DNA of 64,000 nt. Source: an uncultured bacterium (GTDB taxonomy: Bacteria > Oederibacteriota > JAAXVQ01 > JAUVAV01). Shown one piece after another: positions 58,622 through 64,000 of this stretch. Position 1 is the stretch's first letter. Each line of letters begins with the position of its first letter. The stretch covers positions 32,001-96,000 of the forward strand of contig CAVQBK010000007.1 of the NCBI GenBank assembly GCA_963710755.1, in the 5' to 3' direction. Both the position numbers and the translations under genes were made by a program. The notes beneath the pieces are model-generated. The model did no database searches, had not been told where the DNA came from, and worked only from the letters and a program-made list of their open reading frames with translations.

Positions 58622-59700
58622 TGTTGCGTGAAATGATTGAAAAACTGGTCAGGCTTCAGGATCTGGGTCAGGACGATGCCCGCCGGGCCATGGAGACCAT
58701 TATGGCCGGCAAGGCAACGGACGCTCAGATTGCTGCCTTTATCACGGCCCTGCGTATGAAAGGCGAGAGCATTGATGAAATTACAGGCGCGGTCCTGGCC
58801 ATGCGTGCCGCCGCCGCGACCATCAAGGTCAAAGGTACGCTGGTGGAGATCAGCCAGGACGATGCGGTTCAGGCCATGGAAACCATTGTAGATACATGCG
58901 GCACAGGCGGAGATTGCACCAATACATTTAATATTTCTACAGCCGTGGCCCTGGTGGTGGCTGGGTGCGGCTTGACCGTGGCCAAGCACGGTAACCGTTC
59001 CGTGTCGTCCAAATCGGGCAGTGCCGATGTGTTGGAAGCCTGCGGTGTGGCCATCAATCTCTCGCCTTTGCAGGTCCAAACGTGCATTCAGGAGATCGGT
59101 CTGGGTTTTATGTTTGCCCCCACTTTTCATCCGGCCATGAAATATGCCATTGGTGTGCGCCGGGAGATCGGCATTCGCACCATCTTTAATATTCTTGGGC
59201 CGCTGTGCAATCCGGCCAATGCCAATGTCCATATTCTGGGTGTCTATGACGAAGCCTTGACCGAACCATTGGCCATGGTGTTGAGCCGCGTTGGCGTGAA
59301 ACGTGCCCTGGTGGTGCACGGAACGGGCGGACTGGATGAATTCTCTCTGTTGGGGCCCACCAAGGTGAGCCGCATTAACCCTGATGGAGACGGGGTCAGC
59401 ACCTTTTCCATCACGCCCGAGGAAGTCGGATTACAGACTTGTGAACTCAAAGCTCTGCAGGGCGGCAATGCCGCCGAGAATGCAGCCATTATCAATGCTA
59501 TTTTGGACGGCCAACCAGGAGCAAAAACCGACGCCGTGCTGCTCAATGCCGGAGCGGTACTGTGGGTGGCCGGCAGGACCAGTACTCTGGCTGAAGGCGT
59601 CAGCTATGCCCGCCAAGGATTGGGCAGCGGTCAGGCCAAGGCCAAGCTGGAACAACTGGTGGCCTTAACCAACCGCCTGGCCCACCCTGAAGAAGGGTGA
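58621..59700 (+). CDS. trpD: Anthranilate phosphoribosyltransferase
   Basis: DTCGTGGD, KHGNRSVSSKSGSAD, RTIFNILGPL, GLDE. Confidence 0.95.
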   Translation: MLREMIEKLVRLQDLGQDDARRAMETIMAGKATDAQIAAFITALRMKGESIDEITGAVLAMRAAAATIKVKGTLVEISQDDAVQAMETIVDTCGTGGDCTNTFNISTAVALVVAGCGLTVAKHGNRSVSSKSGSADVLEACGVAINLSPLQVQTCIQEIGLGFMFAPTFHPAMKYAIGVRREIGIRTIFNILGPLCNPANANVHILGVYDEALTEPLAMVLSRVGVKRALVVHGTGGLDEFSLLGPTKVSRINPDGDGVSTFSITPEEVGLQTCELKALQGGNAAENAAIINAILDGQPGAKTDAVLLNAGAVLWVAGRTSTLAEGVSYARQGLGSGQAKAKLEQLVALTNRLAHPEEG

Positions 59701-59811
59701 GCTTAAGTCTTTGACGGCCGACGTCGCCAATAAGCCTGTATTGTATTGCCGGATTTGCCTTGCCAGAAGCCGGAACCTTATCTTTTACCCCATAATGTAA
59801 GGAGACGACCA

Positions 59812-62370
59812 ATGAAATTTCTGAAGACCTACAATGTAGTTCCGACCCTTCCGGAAAAACTGAATGCACTCAAAACCTTAGCCTACAATTATTGGTGGTG
59901 CTGGAATGCCCAAGGCTTCAATATTTTCCGCCACATGGCCCCGGAGCTTTGGACCCAATGCGAACACAATCCCGCACTCTTTCTTAGCCGCATCTCGCAA
60001 GAGCGATTGGAAGAGTTGACCAGTGATGAAGGCTTTTTGTACAACCTGGAAATGGTGATCAAAGACTTGCAGACTTACTTGCAGCGTAAAAGCTGGTTTG
60101 AATCCATATGGGAAAAAGACAAACATTTCCAAGTGGCTTATTTTTCAGCGGAATTCGGTATCAGCGAAGGCCTGCCTATTTATTCCGGCGGCTTGGGGGT
60201 GCTTGCTGGTGACCACTTAAAATCGGCCAGTGATTTGGGTATTCCTCTGGTAGGCATGGGCTTGGCGTACCGGCAGGGCTATTTCCGGCAATACCTGAAT
60301 CAGGACGGGCTGCAGCAGGAACGGTATGTGGAAAATGACTTTTACAACATGCCTCTAATCCTGGTCACTGATGACAGCAACCAAGCCATCAAAGTCACCC
60401 TGCAGCTGCCGGGGCGGGAATTGACCGTGCAAATCTGGAAAGTGCTGGTGGGACGGGTGCCGTTGTATTTGCTGGATACCAATTTGCCGGAGAATACGCC
60501 CGATGACCGGGGTATCACCAGCCAGTTGTACGGCGGGGACAAGGAAATGCGTATCAAACAGGAAATGGTGTTGGGCGTCGGCGGTATCAGAGCCTTGGAA
60601 AAGTTGGGTCTGCTTCCCTGCGTCACCCACATGAACGAAGGGCACAGCGCCTTCCTGGGATTGGAACGCATACGTTATCATATGAAACAGGACCAGCTCT
60701 CCTATTCGGAAGCCAGGGAACTGGTAGCCGGCAGCACCATCTTTACCACGCATACGCCTGTGCCTGCGGGCATTGACCTGTTTGCACCGGAGATGCTCAA
60801 AGCCTATTTGTCACCACTGCAGACGGAACTGGGGATTGATGACAAAACCCTGCTCGGTCTGGGCAGAGGCAACATCGAAGATATGCACGAGCCTTTTTCC
60901 ATGGCCATTCTAGCCTTGAACCTTTCCACCAAAGCCAATGCGGTGGCCAAATTACACGGGGTGGTATCCCGGAAAATGTGGGGGCACTTGTGGCCCACTT
61001 TGCCGGAGGAAGAGATTCCCATTACCCACATCACCAATGGCGTGCATGCCAATTCCTGGATCTCTCTGGAAATGTCCGAATTGTTTCAACGCTATCTGGG
61101 ACCGCGGTGGGTGGAGGAACCGGGGGATCAGCGTATTTGGGAACGGGTGCTGGCCATTCCTTCGGCGGAATTATGGCGCACCCATGAACGCCGCCGGGAA
61201 CGGCTGGTGGGTTATGTGCGCCGCCGGCTCAAAGAGCAGTTGAAGTCACGGGGCGTGGCGGAACATGAAATGGAGATCGCCTCTCAGGTACTCGATCCGG
61301 AAGCCCTGACCATTGGCTTTGCGCGGCGTTTTGCCACCTATAAACGGGCCACGTTAATTTTCCGGGATATCGAACGCTTTATTAATCTGGTCACCAATAA
61401 AAACCGTCCCGTGCAGTTCCTCTTTGCCGGCAAAGCCCATCCTCACGATGAACCGGGTAAGCGCTTGATCCAGGAGATTGTCCACTTCGCTCGCCGGCCG
61501 GAATTAAGACGGCATGTGGTGTTTGTCGAGGATTATGATCTTAATTGTGCCCATTATCTGCTGCAGGGGGTGGACGTCTGGCTCAACAATCCGCGCCGTC
61601 CTCTGGAGGCTTCGGGTACCTCAGGTATGAAAGCCATCTTTAACGGCGGCCTTAACTGTTCGATTCTTGATGGCTGGTGGGACGAAGGCTACAACGGCGA
61701 GAACGGTTGGGCCATCGGCCGCGGCGAAGAATACGACGATTTGGAATACCAGAACAAGGTGGAAAGCGCTTCGCTCTATCAGATTCTGGAGAATGAAATC
61801 ATTCCGCTTTTTTATGACCGCGGGCCCGACAATATTCCCGAGAATTGGATTAAAAAAATAAAAAAATCCATGACCTCCCTGGGGCCGGTGTTCAATACCA
61901 ACCGTATGGTCTCGGAGTACACGGAAAATCTTTACATCGAACAGATGGAACGGCTGCACAAACTAAAAGCCGATAATTGCAGTGCTGTCAAATTCTATGC
62001 CGCCTGGAAGGATAAGGTCTATAAATCATGGGACAAAGTGGCTGTGGAAAAAGTGACGGCCGAGGATTCCAAGGAATTTGAAGTGGGCAGTACGGTCAAG
62101 GTTAATGCCACGGTGGTACTGGGTCAGCTCACACCGGAAGATGTACAGGTGGAAATTGTCTTTGGCCGGGTGGATGGTAATTATAATATGGTGAACACCG
62201 ATACAGTCACCATGCAACCCGTTGGCAAAGTCGAGGGCAAGCGTCTTAATTATGAAGGTATGATTCCCTGCGATTACAGTGGTAATTTCGGGTTAACCGT
62301 CAGGATCCTGCCCAAGAACGAGTTGCAGTCGCACCGCTTTGAAACCAGCCTGATTACATGGGGGCAGTAA
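59812..62370 (+). CDS. glgP: Alpha-glucan phosphorylase
   Basis: YSGGLG, HMNEGH, GFARRFATYKR, EASGTSGMK; start ATG 59812. Confidence 0.96.
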   Translation: MKFLKTYNVVPTLPEKLNALKTLAYNYWWCWNAQGFNIFRHMAPELWTQCEHNPALFLSRISQERLEELTSDEGFLYNLEMVIKDLQTYLQRKSWFESIWEKDKHFQVAYFSAEFGISEGLPIYSGGLGVLAGDHLKSASDLGIPLVGMGLAYRQGYFRQYLNQDGLQQERYVENDFYNMPLILVTDDSNQAIKVTLQLPGRELTVQIWKVLVGRVPLYLLDTNLPENTPDDRGITSQLYGGDKEMRIKQEMVLGVGGIRALEKLGLLPCVTHMNEGHSAFLGLERIRYHMKQDQLSYSEARELVAGSTIFTTHTPVPAGIDLFAPEMLKAYLSPLQTELGIDDKTLLGLGRGNIEDMHEPFSMAILALNLSTKANAVAKLHGVVSRKMWGHLWPTLPEEEIPITHITNGVHANSWISLEMSELFQRYLGPRWVEEPGDQRIWERVLAIPSAELWRTHERRRERLVGYVRRRLKEQLKSRGVAEHEMEIASQVLDPEALTIGFARRFATYKRATLIFRDIERFINLVTNKNRPVQFLFAGKAHPHDEPGKRLIQEIVHFARRPELRRHVVFVEDYDLNCAHYLLQGVDVWLNNPRRPLEASGTSGMKAIFNGGLNCSILDGWWDEGYNGENGWAIGRGEEYDDLEYQNKVESASLYQILENEIIPLFYDRGPDNIPENWIKKIKKSMTSLGPVFNTNRMVSEYTENLYIEQMERLHKLKADNCSAVKFYAAWKDKVYKSWDKVAVEKVTAEDSKEFEVGSTVKVNATVVLGQLTPEDVQVEIVFGRVDGNYNMVNTDTVTMQPVGKVEGKRLNYEGMIPCDYSGNFGLTVRILPKNELQSHRFETSLITWGQ

Positions 62371-62418
62371 GTCGGAGAAAGCCCTGGCTTGTGGAAACCG
62401 GGTGAACACATCTTTGGC

Positions 62419-62446
62419 GTAGGGAACGGTTGCGACCGTTCCCTAC
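62419..62446. repeat. GTAG-family REP between convergent genes
   Basis: GTAGGGAACGGT-TGCG-ACCGTTCCCTAC, a perfect palindrome. Confidence 0.75.
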
Positions 62447-62470
62447 CAGCCGGTTTATAATCCTGTCCTG

Positions 62471-63184
62471 TTATCCCAGGCGTTCAAGAAACCGCAATAG
62501 TTTTAAAAGAATCTGATTCTCGCGGTGGCTCAGAGTCCGTTTCTCAAAGAGATATTTGACCTTGCGGGTGAAGTCAGGCAACCTGGCCGGCGGTTGATAA
62601 TCACATTTTTGCAGCAATTGATCAAGCAGATCAAAGGTCACCTGTTTTTCCTGGAAAGTGGCCAGATGCGCCCATTCCGGGGAAGGAATGAGGTCGTCGC
62701 GATGCTCAGCTTGAAACCATTCATAGAGATAAAGTAATACCGCCTGTCCCAGGTTAAGACTGCCTTCTTGGGCTGTGGGAATAGTGGAGGCCGTATCACA
62801 CAGGAAAATTTCTTCATTGGTCAAACCGGCCCGTTCAGCACCAAAAACCAAGGCGCAGGGCTGTTGGGTGCCCAGGGTCACCAGTTTTTCCGCAGCCTGT
62901 TGCGGGGACAAGGGTGGAAGTTTGACCCGTCGCACGCGCCGGGAAGTGGCCACGGCAAACACGCAGTCCGCCAAGGCTTCACGCAAGGTGTTATAAACAC
63001 GCAGCTGATCCAGCACCGGCCTGCCATGGCAAGCTACCTTGGCGGCGATGGTAGGGTCATAGTCTTGGGGAGCAACCAAGCGCAGCTGAGTCAGCCCGAA
63101 ATTGGCCATGGCTCTGGCCGCAGCCCCGATGTTTTCCGCAATTTGCGGTCTAACCAAAACAACATTTAAAGATGATGATGACAT
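62471..63184 (-). CDS. trmJ: TrmJ/LasT SPOUT RNA methyltransferase
   Basis: ENIGAAARAMANFG, FGAERAGL, SLNLGQAV. Confidence 0.88.
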   Translation of the reverse strand: MSSSSLNVVLVRPQIAENIGAAARAMANFGLTQLRLVAPQDYDPTIAAKVACHGRPVLDQLRVYNTLREALADCVFAVATSRRVRRVKLPPLSPQQAAEKLVTLGTQQPCALVFGAERAGLTNEEIFLCDTASTIPTAQEGSLNLGQAVLLYLYEWFQAEHRDDLIPSPEWAHLATFQEKQVTFDLLDQLLQKCDYQPPARLPDFTRKVKYLFEKRTLSHRENQILLKLLRFLERLG

Positions 63185-63624
63185 GGGATGGTCTCGCCTG
63201 TAATTAAGTTGGTCTTATTGTACATGATGCCAAGCAGAAAGCCAAACCCGATCATGAAGTTTTTGCTGCAGCTTATACCAAGGCGCAAAATCTGGTAGGG
63301 ATTCAACACGTTAAAGCCCGGTGAAAAGGATGGAGTTATTTTCGGCTAAAGAGTACAGGTATGGTGGTGCCCTATAGAAGCAATTTCTTTCATGCCTTAA
63401 AAAGCCATAAAAATTATGGCAACTTTAGGCGCTCTTGGTTACAATAAGAATATGACCGATAGCATTCTTAAAACCCTCAGAAATGGTTTCCCGCAATGCC
63501 CGCAATCTCCCGGGCCGTTCACAACCCAACATGGTTACTATCCGGCACAACCCTTAAAAGAGCATGGTAATCGCAACCCCATTCAGTGCCGGGTGGTACA
63601 CTAGAATGCAAAGGAGGAACAACG

Positions 63625-64000
63625 ATGGAGAAGTATCAAATTGACCAGAGTTTCCGATTGGAGCCAACCTTTGGCCTGGAAGATTGGAAAGCCTTTCTCG
63701 CCTCGGTTATTGACCAGATGGCTTACGATGAAGATACATTGTTTGAGATGGTGACGGAAGACAGTCAATTAAGGCGTCGGTTAGATGAAGTGCCCTGGGG
63801 CGAATTATCCGGTTATCTGACCCCGGCGCTGTGGGATAGCTTCCATCAAATGGTGCTCAGCAATCACTGGATTAAAGGCATGAACATCAAATTCCATCTG
63901 GTTAAAAGGCCGGATCACCTTAACCTGAGCATCAAGTGCGGCTTGGATGACATGGCCCAACGGCAGATGCTGGAAGATAAAATTCAATATTTGCTGATAG
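63625..64000 (+). CDS. Hypothetical protein, truncated by the window edge (absent from the ORF track)
   Basis: AAGGAGG RBS; frame MEKYQIDQSFRLEPTF... stays open to 64000. Confidence 0.65.
   Translation, partial: MEKYQIDQSFRLEPTFGLEDWKAFLASVIDQMAYDEDTLFEMVTEDSQLRRRLDEVPWGELSGYLTPALWDSFHQMVLSNHWIKGMNIKFHLVKRPDHLNLSIKCGLDDMAQRQMLEDKIQYLLI

Overview
Gene-dense chromosomal window from a diderm bacterium (lipoproteins, outer-membrane barrels, LpoB-like protein). Its taxonomy cannot be fixed from this sequence. Main blocks: (1) speE (partial), an lpoB-like/COG3014 lipoprotein pair and purC. (2) A sigma54-driven porin-amtB-glnK operon with a 13-codon leader ORF. (3) An Rrf2-cysK-metY-ThiI-like-moeB sulfur cluster, two PilZ genes and a SRAP gene. 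(4) A complete group II (cluster III, anaerobe-type) Mo-nitrogenase locus: moeB/hesA-like, nifA-like, nifH-I1-I2-D-K-E-N-B, fdx, GNAT. Its activator has an AnfA/VnfA-like HTH, and all three sigma54 promoters found (amtB operon, activator, nifH) carry paired TAC-N6-GTA sites 29-30 bp apart. (5) A C30 (diapo-)carotenoid/light-stress locus: aldH, crtP, crtQ, crtN, photolyase and DUF523-DUF1722, with unexpected interspersed genes (exported TPR protein, ICMT-family methyltransferase, outer-membrane barrel, alpha/beta hydrolase). (6) Metal homeostasis genes, a PAP2 phosphatase and an MMPL/LolA-like/AMIN-DUF1302 envelope transport module. (7) bcp, trpD, glgP and a TrmJ-like gene. Several REP-like palindromes lie in intergenic gaps. 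No rRNA, tRNA, CRISPR array or intact transposase was recognised. All calls come from motif recognition by eye, not from database searches.
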